A stretch of 61,705 nt of DNA, filler included, from Basidiobolus ranarum (Eukaryota): NCBI GenBank assembly GCA_040143965.1. It is 16 parts of 16 records of this genome, joined end to end, with 100 filler letters (N's around TTAATTAATTAA, not from the genome) between each part and the next. Parts side by side here need not be neighbours in the genome. Positions count along the whole stretch, not along the records: positions 30,982 to 34,743 come from JASJQH010009172.1; positions 34,844 to 38,602 come from JASJQH010009173.1; positions 38,703 to 42,457 come from JASJQH010009174.1; positions 42,558 to 46,311 come from JASJQH010009175.1; positions 46,412 to 50,163 come from JASJQH010009176.1; 11 more parts are not named here. One strand, given 5' to 3'. The notes beneath the pieces are model-generated. The model did not search any database. It saw nothing but the letters and a program-made list of their open reading frames with translations, and was not told the DNA's origin. Positions within the stretch are counted from its first letter, which is position 1. Each line of letters begins with the position of its first letter. Below, one piece after another: positions 34,350-47,106 of the stretch. The translations under genes and the position numbers were made by a program.

Positions 34350-34480
34350 ATGGCATCGGGTATCACTACCTCAGACTCGGGTGATATTAAAGAAGGTTCT
34401 ATAGACGCCAATTACTGTATATGTGGGTGGTGGAGTTCTATTGTGTGATGGCGAGCATTGTAGCAACCACAAGCACCGTG
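34350..34480 (+). pseudogene. Possible PHD-finger gene remnant
   Basis: With one frameshift reads NYCIC / GGVLLCDGEHCSNHKH, resembling the first half of a PHD finger. Confidence 0.3.
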
Positions 34481-35225
34481 CGAGTTCAACCAGATAAGTA
34501 CGATGATATCTTCACCCAGGACATTTAAAGTATTGATAGTATACACCTCCTGTTAGGGTGTCTACAATCTTCTAAGCATCATTCATATACTCATCTAATC
34601 TGGAGGACCAATCTTTGGAGCCTTCAGATTCTGTTCAGCTTACAGCAGCGAAGAAATGGCACATGCTAGACAATTCAAACAGGAATGCGAAGCCGGCAAA
34701 GATTGCCTTGATTGGCCATCCATACCTTACTTTGGGGCAGAATNNNNNNNNNNNNNNNNNNNNNNNNNNNNNNNNNNNNNNNNNNNNTTAATTAATTAAN
34801 NNNNNNNNNNNNNNNNNNNNNNNNNNNNNNNNNNNNNNNNNNNTATATCACTGATATATTGTCTTTTAGCTGATTATTTTTGTTTAATGATGCCAACAAT
34901 AATGTCTGAAAAAGAACCGGATTTTATCTCAAAAATAAAAGCTGATTTTGTTGTGACGTCTATGTGAATCGTCTAATTTGAATTTTCAGATCATCGAGAA
35001 TTGACTTTCCAATCGTCTCATTTTAGAGTAAAACACTGTAATAAAGTTGTTTAATGCTAGTAACGGATGAAAAAAAAGGTTTCAACCAATTGGGACTTGC
35101 TTGATTCTGTTGACTATTATTGCGATGATTACACGTAACGAAATTTTTTACGACAGAATAACAGTACGTGTTGGCTTGCAACTTCCCTTAGATCTGTTTA
35201 CTTTACGGAATCAACAAGCATAATC

Positions 35226-35757
35226 ATGAGGTACAGATCAATCAATCAAGACGAAGGTGACTGATATATTAATATTTAAATTCGCCCCTTCTTAACTTAG
35301 TACAAAGCCTAAATCTGAGATGACTGAGGAAGAGTTACATAAACTCGAAGAGGAGGAATTCAATAGCGGTCCTCTTTCCGTACTTCAGCAAGCTGTGAAG
35401 AATCATACCAAAATTTTGATCAACTGTCGTAATAATCGTAAGCTGTTAGCTCGCGTCAAGGCTTTCGATCGCCACTGCAACATGGTATTAGAGAACGTCA
35501 AAGAAGTAAATAATCTTGGAATAGTATATTTTTGAGATATCTATCTAATGTTCCGTGAATAGATGTGGACTGAAACTCCAAGAACTGGAAAAGGTAAGAA
35601 GAAAGCCAAGCCCGTCAATAAGGACAGATTCATTAGTAAGATGTTCCTTCGTGGAGATTCAGTTATTCTTGGTAAGTCATCCGGGTATTTTGCCTTTGTA
35701 ACGCTTAAATCTAACTTTTGTTCATAATTTCTTGTAGTTTTGAGAAGTACCTTGTAA
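35226..35757 (+). CDS. SMD2: Small nuclear ribonucleoprotein Sm D2, 4 exons
   Basis: Exons 35226-35230, 35301-35505, 35563-35671, 35738-35757; GPLSVL...[34 protein letters not shown]...[19 protein letters not shown]. Confidence 0.97.
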
Positions 35758-38702
35758 ATTAATAAACTACACTCATATTGATATCACGCAATACTTATTT
35801 ATTTTTAAATATTGTTATAAGAATATATATGATAAAGAATAGGACCAGTATATGCATCCTCAAGTGGAAATGTTAAAGTCAAATACTTCGGCTGATTATA
35901 ATTTCAAATCAGTGAAGAAACCGGCTGGTTCATGTCCAGCAAAACTCCTACTTCTTAGTGTAACTGAATGGTTTATTAAATTTTGGTGGTGAGCGAAAAG
36001 AGAATGGATGTTCGATCAAGTTTCAATGTGCATATATTCCACTTAGATACCCTATTTTTGATGAGAATCTGGACCTCAGCAAAATTCGATCAATATATCA
36101 AGTACCAAGCCATTTAAGAGATATTGAATCAGTTGACTTGGTGTTTCTCTAAAATACCGCAGCTCAATATACATGCAAGCCTAAATCACTACAGCATACT
36201 TTGTGGTTATCTTTGACTTTGTAGAAATTACTTACAGAAAAGAGTAAGGGCAATAACTGTATCTGCTTTATTTAAGATGTCAATTTTGGAGCAGATGAAT
36301 ATATTTCAGTCGCCACTATCTCCTTTAACTCCTACTGGTAATTATTTACTTCAGTAATATATTTTAGCAGATATATTAGTATTTGAATAATCTAACCAAC
36401 CCTTTTTTCTTGTGGCAGAGGTGATTAAAATTACGAGTACAGTACAGAAAAATATATTCATGACACCTTTGTCGCCTGATAACTACAATTTGTTTGTTAC
36501 TGAGGGGAAGGTCAACCTTGCAGTCAACTGCCAAAGTCAATATGATGTGGAAAAAGCTCTACGTTCAAAAAATGATGTTATACATCTTCATCCATCCTGT
36601 CAAGCACTCCATAAGCAGGTCAAATTTTATTCAGTGTGGGTTACTCGATTTGAACTAGTAAAGCGAGCTTCTATATGCATAAACTTCTTATTGCTATATA
36701 CCAAACCATGCCAGAATTTCTGGAGCAATTTAACAAAATACGTGTGGTCTCGTACGCACGTCTACTTCCGAGCGAATACTAACGTACTAGAAGCTTGTAA
36801 GAGGTTTACCTATGTCCATGGTGTTTATTTTTTGGTTAGAGCAATATGTTCTGGTCTCAAATATGTCTTCTTTCACCGATTTGGATGGTGGAGATTGAGT
36901 CGTTATATTTATGTTACTGTGAACCAAGACGGAGAAGACCAACACTTTTTAGTCAATGCTCGGCTGCGTCAGGTTCATCCCGGAATTGCCCCTAACATCC
37001 TCAGAAGCTCTTGCTTCAGAAGCATTGATGTGATTAATACCGCAAGTATCATCGCCGCCACCAATTTTGTTATGAGCCCATTGCAAGGTATAGATTTTTA
37101 AAGCTGTATATAAACTGTTTTTCGAATTCCATTACATCTACATCTCATAAACAGCATACATATAGTTCGGAAGACAATGATTGATTATTAAAAAAATTGC
37201 ACCTCAACTTGGCAATCATTCGAATTTTTGTTTTACTTGGAATCGTGTTGCTATCTCAAGTTCGTCAAATCATGAACTACTAGTACACAACTTCAGTTAC
37301 AAAGAAAGCAGTTCTTATGAATGACTGCCATAATTATGTAGCTATTTCAAACGGGCCATTCACCACAAACAAATCCTTTGCAACGAGTAAAGTGAACTTT
37401 CATCTACACCATAATGAATATTTGAATAGCAGTTAACGTAACATAAACAAAGGTTAGTTTTGATTCCAAATGTGATGCCTTGGATACCCACAATACCCGC
37501 AATAAGCGGACCTTGCATCTAAACTGGTATCTAAACTGGTATAAATTCTAATATGGCTAAGGGTATTACTGTTTCCATAACATTGTCGGACGTGTTTGAT
37601 AAGAGTCCCATCAATTGATTCAATGGCCGACATACGGGAATGAGCTTATTTATGAGAAGGAAGCTTGATTGAGTGCAATTGTATAGAGTATTAATTGTAC
37701 CAAACGATGCGTGTATAATACGGGCCATTTGTTAAAACAGACTACCGAATGCGTCTTATTTGGCGAAGTAAGACCAAGTCTTATAATGGCCAATGAATTT
37801 TCGGAGAACTTCGATCCATTGGAATTGGTGTGTCGAATACAAGCAAACGATACCTAAAGGCAAAATCAAGTGGAGATACAGTGACTGTAGAATATAGAAT
37901 ATGCTGTTTGATTGTATAACAGTAATGGATCATTAATGAAGAGGCACTACTCAAAGTACACCTGTGGACAGTCAAAAATTCACAATTATATCTGTCCAGA
38001 AAATCATGTTTCTATTATCACTACAGATCTTCTCTTTATTATGTGCTCTGCTAGTTGAATATGTGCAAGTACTAACTGTATTCTATTGTTTGATCGATTC
38101 CATCATGAATCAATCATAGAGTTACTGTAGTATAAGTGCTCAACTGGTATTCGGCCTAAAGGACATTAACTAAGATGAATTTGAATGCCACCTTGAGATA
38201 TTTGGGGATATCTGATAAACGAAGTTTTGGTAACCTTTGTTTTATTGAACACCAACCCTATGATGTAGCAGAATATCCTGAAATCAGTTCCGCGAACATA
38301 GAATGTGGGTTTAATGCATATAGATGACTTATTTCATATTCAATTCTTGGAGATTCACATGCTTCTTTCCTTTGAGTACAAGGTACTAGTGCCAGGCCTT
38401 TTGTCAAGGAGGTCATATTTATACCTTAGATATGCCATAGTAAATGTGACCACTATATATTGAGCAATTTCCAGTGAGAGAATTCACATATCAAATTTGG
38501 AGTTTGATGAGGAGGCTATAGGTTTGGTTGACATGTTTGAGTGTTATCCGATTCTAGATACTATCTACAAAATATCTTAACTGTGGTCATAAACGTTCAA
38601 GCNNNNNNNNNNNNNNNNNNNNNNNNNNNNNNNNNNNNNNNNNNNNTTAATTAATTAANNNNNNNNNNNNNNNNNNNNNNNNNNNNNNNNNNNNNNNNNN
38701 NN

Positions 38703-39256
38703 AACGCCCCAGACTCCTTTTTTTTGGAGCAGTATTTCATTTTAATTTTCCAAACATGATAGTTGGTTCCATCGTATTTTTCAGAACAGGGAAAAGTTCC
38801 ATAGATTTGAGAAGTAAATAATACAGAGAGTGCAAGCTTGGGGCTCATAATCTGTTAAAGTATTTGGGAGCCTGTTGGAAGTGGTTTGGAGAATTTATAG
38901 GAATTGGTGGTTTTCACCTATTGATTTATTGAGTTGAAAGTTGCCTTTTATAGTTTTGTCAGGATGTAAACAAACTAACATTTAGAAAGTGTTAAAGAAG
39001 TTCCCAGGCACATGTGTGCAAAGTTTGGGGCTTCTAGAACAAGTTTGAAAATCTATATATATGAGAACTTCTAAGTTGGTGTCAATATTCTAAGTAAATT
39101 CCAATTGAGAATAAAAGATAATATCTTAGCAAATTATAAGATAACTAAGTATTAAGCTATATATGACTATATGGGTGTTTAGACAATGTTAATTTCAACA
39201 CTAAGTACTATGCTATATATGACAATGTAAATGTTTAGGTAATGCTAATTTCAATA
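38703..39256 (-). mobile_element. Copia family A 5' end: LTR 38853-39200, PBS, gag start; nested in another LTR-A (39201-39256)
   Basis: TGTTG...TTTAACA then GATTATGAGCCCC; MSPKLALSV...EKYDGTNYHVWKIKMK. Confidence 0.9.
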
Positions 39257-39600
39257 AGTTTCTTATCAGAACTATATCTGCTATCCTGGTGGAGACTAAC
39301 AAGTTGAATAAATAACATATTGACAAAATAGGTTTCACAAAATCTATTCAACAAGTAAACTTTGCTATCAAATGGCCAGTTATCAATTTGAAGCTTGATA
39401 TGCTAGCTATATGAAAATATATATTACCAAATTCAAGTATATATATATCAACATATTGGTTGGAATTACTGATAGCAATATATATGATTTTAAACCAATT
39501 TGCTTGTTCCATTCAACTGTGCTAGACACCATAGCACCTCGGTGTAAGTTACGTGTTTAGGCCATGCTAATTTCAACATCTTCAACTAGTTGGAAAGCTC

Positions 39601-39892
39601 TGTTGAAAATATTAGCCCCCCAAATTTAACTGTTATCAATTAATATCTTCACACAAAATTAGAATATTTCCACCAACTTGGAAGTTCTCAGATATGTGAT
39701 TTTTCAAACTTGTGCTATTAACTCCAAACTTTGCACACATGTTCCTGGAACCTCCCTTGGAATATTTTACACGTTTTTCTCTTTATATCCTAAACAAAAC
39801 TATAAATTTCAACTTTCTACTCAATAAGTGAAAGCCATTAATTCTTCTAGTTCTGCAAGCCACTTCCAACAAACTCCCAAAATACTTCAACA
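39601..39892 (+). repeat. Diverged solo LTR-A
   Basis: TGTTGAAA...CTTCAACA; near-TSD AGCTC/AGCCC. Confidence 0.8.
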
Positions 39893-42557
39893 AGCCCAAC
39901 ATTTTTTCAGTATTTATTATAGGATCCAAAGTACATTTATGACTTGGGGTAGATTCAGGGTAGTTTATAATGAACCTGATATTCAGCTGGACCATACATT
40001 CCGTACTTGCCACAATGAGTAAATTATTACACTATCTTACATCTCAGCTTCTATATAAAACATATGCACATCTATAAACTAAGAATTTGACACCAGCAAG
40101 ATCAACCTGACATAATGGATCCGCATCTTTCGAATCAAGCCTTTAAATTCGCACCCACGATAGGGATGAATTAATCTCAATTCAAAGAAGATTACGAAAG
40201 ATAGCGAGCGATACGATCTGTCAAAGCTGAATGAAAAAAGTAGTCCAAATATCATATACTGTGGATCTCTCATAGAATGCGTAGCACAAACCAATGAACT
40301 TGCTAAAGTGCTATTTTCGAATATTTTCAATCGCTGTCTGTTAAACTCTGGACGCCACACTCCCAATTTCTAATGAGGCACGTGATGTTCTGTAACATTA
40401 GATCGAATCTAGAAACCACGACATGCTAAAAGCATATGGATCAGGCTGTTCGACATTAGAGAGCACAAGCCCAACAATATACTTGAAACTAAGTCAAGTA
40501 TAGTTTCGAGCTTATAATCCATATCTATGGGGCAAACCAGATCATTGATTCTACCCCAACATCAATATGTGAAGCTTTTATGCCCAAGACTGTAGGGTTT
40601 CCAAACATACACTGCAGTGCAAGAGTGTATTGACAAAGGTACAAGTATAACATTAGGTTGCCCTATTTTCATTAGTATTCGCAAGACCTTCTTGAAAACA
40701 GGACCCAAGCGAGGCCAAGGAATGTTCTGGCTTATGTATAGCTATGTGTTCTATAAACAGTAGATGTAGGCTATTCTCCACCGCATAGGTCATAACAAAG
40801 TAAGTTTGAACAACTTGTAACCACCATTTGAGATGGTATGGCATTTTACCCGCTATGTCTTTATAATAACACAGAGATGACTGATGACACACAAAGAACA
40901 TTGTCTCGGGTTTCTCCTTGACATATATTTTCATGTGTACTCACAGGCTTAAAAACCACCTGCTACTTGTCATCAGAATTACCAACTGTGTTAAATATCC
41001 AGTAAATACAAAGCACTCAAAACGACTCACCCTCTTAACGGTAAACACAGCGTGGTTTAATTTAGGAAAATCTAAAAGGCATTCAAAACACTAGAGCCCA
41101 AAAGGGATGATTTCATCGAAACCCATTGCATCACTTCGAATATGGAGTACTTGGGCTAGCCTACTATGTCTATAAATAAATTTCAATTTGATGTAGACAC
41201 GTACTCAGCCGTAAATCCCAATAAAGGCTTTCATCTAAATCACAGATGTAATGGAAATAATTCTAATTGACACACCCATGCATGAAGCAAATTGGAACCA
41301 GAATCTCAACATGGAGTCACAGAATCCGCAAACACATGAAGAGCATCACATAGTGTATATTTTGGGAATATTCTGAATTTAACGACCACTGATCAACTAA
41401 CACTGTCGGAAGGTACAACTGTGTCGCCTGTCCTAAGAGCGCATCTTGGTCTTCGAGTCAACATTCTAGAAAGCAAGGTGTAGGTTTGGACCTTTAATGA
41501 TACCATTCTAGATATGATATCATTCATACATGGATCCTTCAGATTGGATTTGGCCAATCAAATTCTGCTCTCATTGCCCTGCTATCATCACCATTGAAGT
41601 AGCACTAGCTTTTTCGGTGGGCAATACCCATGCGCCATGGTGCTAACTACCAAGGCACTTTGCATGGGTGTAATGAACTCGGCTCTTTGTTAACTCAAGC
41701 AAGGATTACAAATGGTGCCTCTTTAATCGACACCGGAACAAATCCATTCGATCTTATGCAAACCGCAAACTAAAGATTAACCATGGGAACCTAAGATAAG
41801 TTATGCATGCGATATCTTGGATTTGGTGTTGTTTTGCCTTGTTCTCGTATGTTACACGGCTATATAATGTTACATTACGTCAACTTTATCCAACCCTGAT
41901 TGGTTTAAAATGGAAACCATCGAAAGGAAAATATATATCCTTACCTGGAATGGTCTACCATGATTCTTTGGATATTAAGCCACGGACGTCTCCAACACTC
42001 ATTGGTCCATCACTAATCTATTTCAGCAATTGGTCACAATCAGATGTAAATAAAACCAATAATATCGTATATGTCCACTTATCTGTAATTTTAAATCTAG
42101 AGAAGGGATACCCTTGAACCATACTGAATACAACTCTATGACGAAACTGTATGCCAAGCTCAAAGACCCCTGCTCAACACTGGTTAACTTACTAACATCT
42201 AGTCTAATTGGTGGATTCCATTGCCTCGAATATTATCGCCGAAATCGGTGGTTTATGAAACAAAACCTTTACGTTGCTCTCTGGTCTACACGTCTCACTT
42301 TTCCTTTTCTATTCTCTAATACTTCAAAATGGTAAGCACACATCTTTTTGGTTTCTAACAACACAACGACAAAGATACTGGCTATCTTTTAGTTTGTTGT
42401 TGAAGGCTCATCTGTACACTCTATGCTACAAACTTACTAACTCTCGTTCAAGTCCAGNNNNNNNNNNNNNNNNNNNNNNNNNNNNNNNNNNNNNNNNNNN
42501 NTTAATTAATTAANNNNNNNNNNNNNNNNNNNNNNNNNNNNNNNNNNNNNNNNNNNN

Positions 42558-43558
42558 TTCTCATAGCCTATTGAAGCATTTTCTTTATTCTTTTGGTTGG
42601 ATCCTGATCTGCTTAAATCTTTATCTGGAAGTGTGCCAAATACATAATTTAAGGTGAAATTTTCAATTCTCGATTCTAGAGCCAGTACTAGGCTCTGAAA
42701 CTTGTGTGGCAGGCTATTCAGGACTGTAACTATGATATCTTGATCAGTAGTAGGTACTACAATGCATTCCATTTTATTCACTAAAATAGTAACTCTATTA
42801 ATTAGTGATTTAATATCTTCTCCTGGCTTCATCTTCAAGTTGAAGAATTGTCTTCTTAGAAACATCTTGTTGGCAGCAGAACTTGTTTGGTTGGTGTCTT
42901 CCAAGGCTTTCTCTACCTTCTTGGCAATTTTAGCTCTTCAACATTGAATTAGTAATTTGGCTTTAACATTAAGAGAACTTGTGTTAAGGGCACTTAGTTC
43001 TTTTTTGACCTGGAGCAAAACTTTGGTTTCAGATAGTTTTGAATTGTTTTCTTCTCCTACAACAATGTCCCAAAGTCCTTTTTCTTGCAGCAGCATTTTC
43101 ATTTTGATTTTCCAAACTTGATAATTGATTCCATCCAATTTTTCTGAATAGGGAAAGTTCCTTAATTTGAGAAGTAGACATTACAGAGAGTGCAAGCTTG
43201 GGGCTCATAACCTGTTAAAGTATTTGGGAGCCTGTTGGAAGTGGTTTGGAGAATCAGTGTTATTGGTGGTTTTCACTTGTTGTTTATTGAGTAGAAAGTT
43301 GACATTTATAGTTTTGTTGAGATGTAAACATATTAGTGTGTAGAGTGTGTTATGGAAGGTCCCAGGAACATGTGTGCAAAGTTTGGGGCTTCCACCACAA
43401 GTTTGAAAAATCTATATATCTGAGAACTTCTAAGTTGGAAAAATATTCTAAGTAAAATCCTATTAAGAATAATGGAAAATATCTTGGTGAATTATAAGAT
43501 AACTAAGTACTAAGCTATATGTGACTATATAGGTGTTTAGGCAATTCTAATTTCAACA
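42558..43558 (-). mobile_element. Copia family A 5' end: LTR 43213-43558, PBS GGTTATGAGCCC, gag
   Basis: DGINYQVWKIKMKMLLQEKGLWDIV; AANKMFLRRQFFNLKMK...LNSLPHKFQSLVLALES. Confidence 0.92.
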
Positions 43559-44248
43559 CAAGCTTGGGGCTTATAACCTATTAGAGTATTTGTTGGAGGA
43601 TCTTGCCTTAATGGGGGTAGACTTTGTACACTAGAGGCAACTTATGATGGTGTTTCTGGTTACTTTATTATTAAGAGAATATGATGACCTATATAGTAGA
43701 GAAGTAAATCAGTTGTTTGAGATATTCAGGAGTTTGTATAATAAGATACAATATACAAGTGGGGGTAATAAGACATACTCCCTATATTGATATAGATATA
43801 TCCATATTTAGAATGCAGGAGCTGTTGATACATTGCTTTGTGTTTCTGATATATGTATCATAACTAAAGTTAACTAAGATGTTGAATAATGATTAAGTAT
43901 CCGACAGCATTATGGGAGCCTGTTTGAAGTGTTTGGAAAATTAGAGAAATTGATGGTTTTCCTTTATTGATTTATTGAGTAGAAAGTTGTGATTTATTCT
44001 TTTGTCATGATGTAAGCAAACCCACATGAGGAATGTGCTCAGGAAGGTCCAAGAAACATGTGTGCAAAGTTTGGGGCTTCTAGCACAGGTTTGAAAATCA
44101 ATATATCTGAGAGCTTCTAAGTTGGTGTCAATATTTTAAGTAAATTCCAATATCAAATAATGGGTAATATATCTTAATTCAATATAAGACAACTAAATAC
44201 CAAGCTATATATGAGTATATAGATATTTAGGCAATGCTAATTTCAACA
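43559..44248 (-). repeat. Older LTR-A plus PBS (host of the element at 42558-43558), interrupted by a solo LTR-C
   Basis: PBS GGTTATAAGCCCCAAGCTTG at 43578-43559; LTR-A halves 43579-43590 and 43907-44248. Confidence 0.85.
43591..43906 (-). repeat. Solo LTR family C
   Basis: TGTTGG...CCGACA, near-TSD GTATT/GCATT; reverse complement matches 12489-12803. Confidence 0.85.
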
Positions 44249-44733
44249 CATATTACCAGGTTATATCTCCTACTGAAGAAGCAAACTTATAAGGCCGAGT
44301 ATCTCCATGCCAACTTTTGAATACTAAAGCCACAGTAAAATCATTACTCTGACTTTTTAAGCAGAGGTACACCATCTAAGGAGATTGACCAGACAATAAT
44401 ATATAGAGAACTATATGGCTCCAGCCATAAATTCAACATAAGGATATCTACTATATAGAAGTAGATCGTAGTATTTATGGCTCTTTAAATTATAGGGTCA
44501 GCCCCTAACTGGTTTTAAAGCATTTTGCGTACTTAAATTTCCCTAACATTAATATTCCAATGATGCTATTTATGCCAAATTCTTGATTCACTAATTAGCT
44601 CATAGATAAGATCTGACAATCGTTAATAATAGAATACTAATCATCAAAAAGCATCATTTCAATAAAAAGTTATCTTCATACGTTTACTCCACCAAATATT
44701 AGCTTCACTTTCCTTTACTAAACAGTGTGAAGA

Positions 44734-46311
44734 ATGGACTTAACTGCCACTCAAAATTGGCTACGACAAGTACTAACTTCCGTAAGATTTGGACTCACTT
44801 AAAAAATATTATATTGACGACTCTTCCTAAAGTTTGACCCCTTTCATGATAGTATACTCATCAAGATCGAGTCGCCCGCGATGTGGAAACTACACTAAGA
44901 AATTTTCCTACTCTTACACCCAAGATGGACCGATATAGTAAGCTTATATTTTGAAGATTACTTTCACCCAAGACTTTGAATAGCTCTTACCTTGAGGTGG
45001 ATGTTCTCGTATAACAGTTTAATGACCCATATTTCTTTCATTTTATGAGTGTAGCCACTGATGACGGCCATACTCAAATCATGCTTTGTCTTCATGGCAC
45101 TGTTCCTATATCATTTAGATCTAGCACTTACCACATTCCAGTTGCAATCTGGCTTCCAGCAAACTACCCTTCGAGTCCTCCAATATCATTTGTCACACCC
45201 ACGGCACAAATGCTTGTTCGACCTAGTAAGTTTGTGGATGTGAGTGGAAAAATTTATCATCCTTATTTAGCTTATTGGGACACACGAAGTGAGGTGGGAT
45301 CATATTATAGGATGTTGTACTATTATATCAAATCCAGTTAACTTTGACATTACCCTTTATAAACAGAAAAGCACTGCCACTGAATTGGTAGCCATCATGC
45401 AGCAAATATTCAGTATTGAACCACCTGTTTATCAGAAACCCGACACAAGCTTACAACCACAACCACAAAACCCTTCATCTAGCCCTTCGACCTCTCAGCA
45501 TCGGGCGTTGAACGCTATCAGTTCTCCAGTGACCAGGGCTGTAAGCTCTGGTACCTCGACTCCGACTCTACAAAGCTCTACGGCATTTGGTACTGCTGGA
45601 ATAAATCAAGCAAATGGGTTTAGAGCTTATACTCGATCGCCTATTCCAACTGAGGTAAGGGATGAGCAATTTTACAGTACTCAGTCCACTTACTAATCTA
45701 CATATATATACTAGGCTGCACAATCAGAACCTATGCCACCCGCACTTCCCACAAAACCCGGAAAAGTTTTGTCTCTACGCAATGCAGTGTGCGACAAACT
45801 ATCACTGAGGCTACAACAGTTTAATAAACAGATGTCCGGAGAAATGGATGCATTACTCATGGCTAACAGAGGGTTAAACCAGGGAACTGAAGTTATTGCG
45901 AATGAGCGTAAGCGCCTTGAAGAGATTGAGGTATATTGCTCTATTTATTCTTCATAGCCAATTCACATGATTAAACCTAACTATCTTTATTCAACAGAAT
46001 CAACTGCGTACCAATATTTCCATTTTGACGGACAAGAATAAAGAGCTCACCGATCAATTAGAGCAGATTCATAACGAGCCTGATGTAGACGTGGATACCC
46101 TGATTTGTGGAATTAATGATGTCGATTCTCAGTAAGTGTCAGTTTAAACTTTCTTAGTGGTTGATTATTATTCATTTCAAGTGAATGTCTAGACTCTTTG
46201 AGCTCGTCGCCGATGAAAATGCCATTGAGGATGTCATATATTATCTAGGAAAGGCATTGAATTCAGAACGGATTGATCTTGCTACATACATGAAGGTATA
46301 CCTTTTAGACA
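44734..46311 (+). CDS. VPS23: ESCRT-I subunit Vps23/TSG101, spliced, 3'-truncated
   Basis: UEV domain LCLHGTVPISFRSSTYHIPVAIWLPANYP...GKIYHPYL; Pro/Ser linker; coiled coil; steadiness box LVADENAIEDVIYYLGKALNSERIDLATYMK. Confidence 0.93.
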
Positions 46312-46411
46312 NNNNNNNNNNNNNNNNNNNNNNNNNNNNNNNNNNNNNNNNNNNNTTAATTAATTAANNNNNNNNNNNNNNNNNNNNNNNNNNNNNNNNN
46401 NNNNNNNNNNN

Positions 46412-46650
46412 CTATAAATGTTAACTTTCAACTCAATAAATCAATAAGTGAAACACCAATTCTTCCAGTTCTCCAAACCACTTCCAACAAACTCCCAAAA
46501 TACCTCAACATATCAGTAATAGTTGAAAATGACAGTAAACTTTAGGTATCTAGCCATGTGACTATATAGATGCTTAAGCTATGTTATTATTCAATATCTT
46601 CATGAGGAATTTACGCTCAATATTGAGACCAACTTGGAAGTTTGATTATG
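46412..46650 (+). repeat. LTR-A 3' end (46412-46510) plus a degraded LTR-A-like fragment
   Basis: CTATAAATGTTAACTTTC...CCACTTCCAACAAACTCCCAAAATACCTCAACA. Confidence 0.75.
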
Positions 46651-47106
46651 TGATTTTCTCTTTAAGCAAAATATATTCTTTATTCCGATTGTATATTGTT
46701 TTTTCCTTTTCTTCAGTTGTGTACAAGAAACAGTTACTGATATCATTTGAAAACCTGATAACATTGCTACAATAAGCTCTTACTGCTGCAATGAAAATGG
46801 AGGTGCCATTTTGCTAGTCAATGACTCTAGACTTGCTCATATTACTAAATTCCATTAATACCTCTTGTTGTCAGTTGTTGTTGACGAATAAATCTCCCCA
46901 GAACAATTAGAATGGCTATAAAGATGTTTACTGCAACGAAAGATGCTCTAAAGGTAAAATATTCCTATAAGACTAGATTAATATTAAATAATCAACTTTA
47001 TATATAAGATCCACAGTTACAAAAGCAAAAGATCATTTACAAGGGAAGAAGTACACGAAAGAGCATGCCAGGGAAATAGCAATTATATTTCATGCAAGAG
47101 GTGGGT

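Noticed and set aside
37069..37079. GTTATGAGCCC matching the family A PBS
   Set aside because: No LTR end before it and no gag after it; likely chance
36900..37830. Resemblance of minus-strand IYTLQW and RKFIGH to a TBL1/SIF2 WD40 protein
   Set aside because: Only two short words match and the surrounding WD repeat pattern is absent
40000..42457. Several 60-105 aa ORFs
   Set aside because: No motifs or consistent splice model; treated as intergenic or unrecognisably decayed
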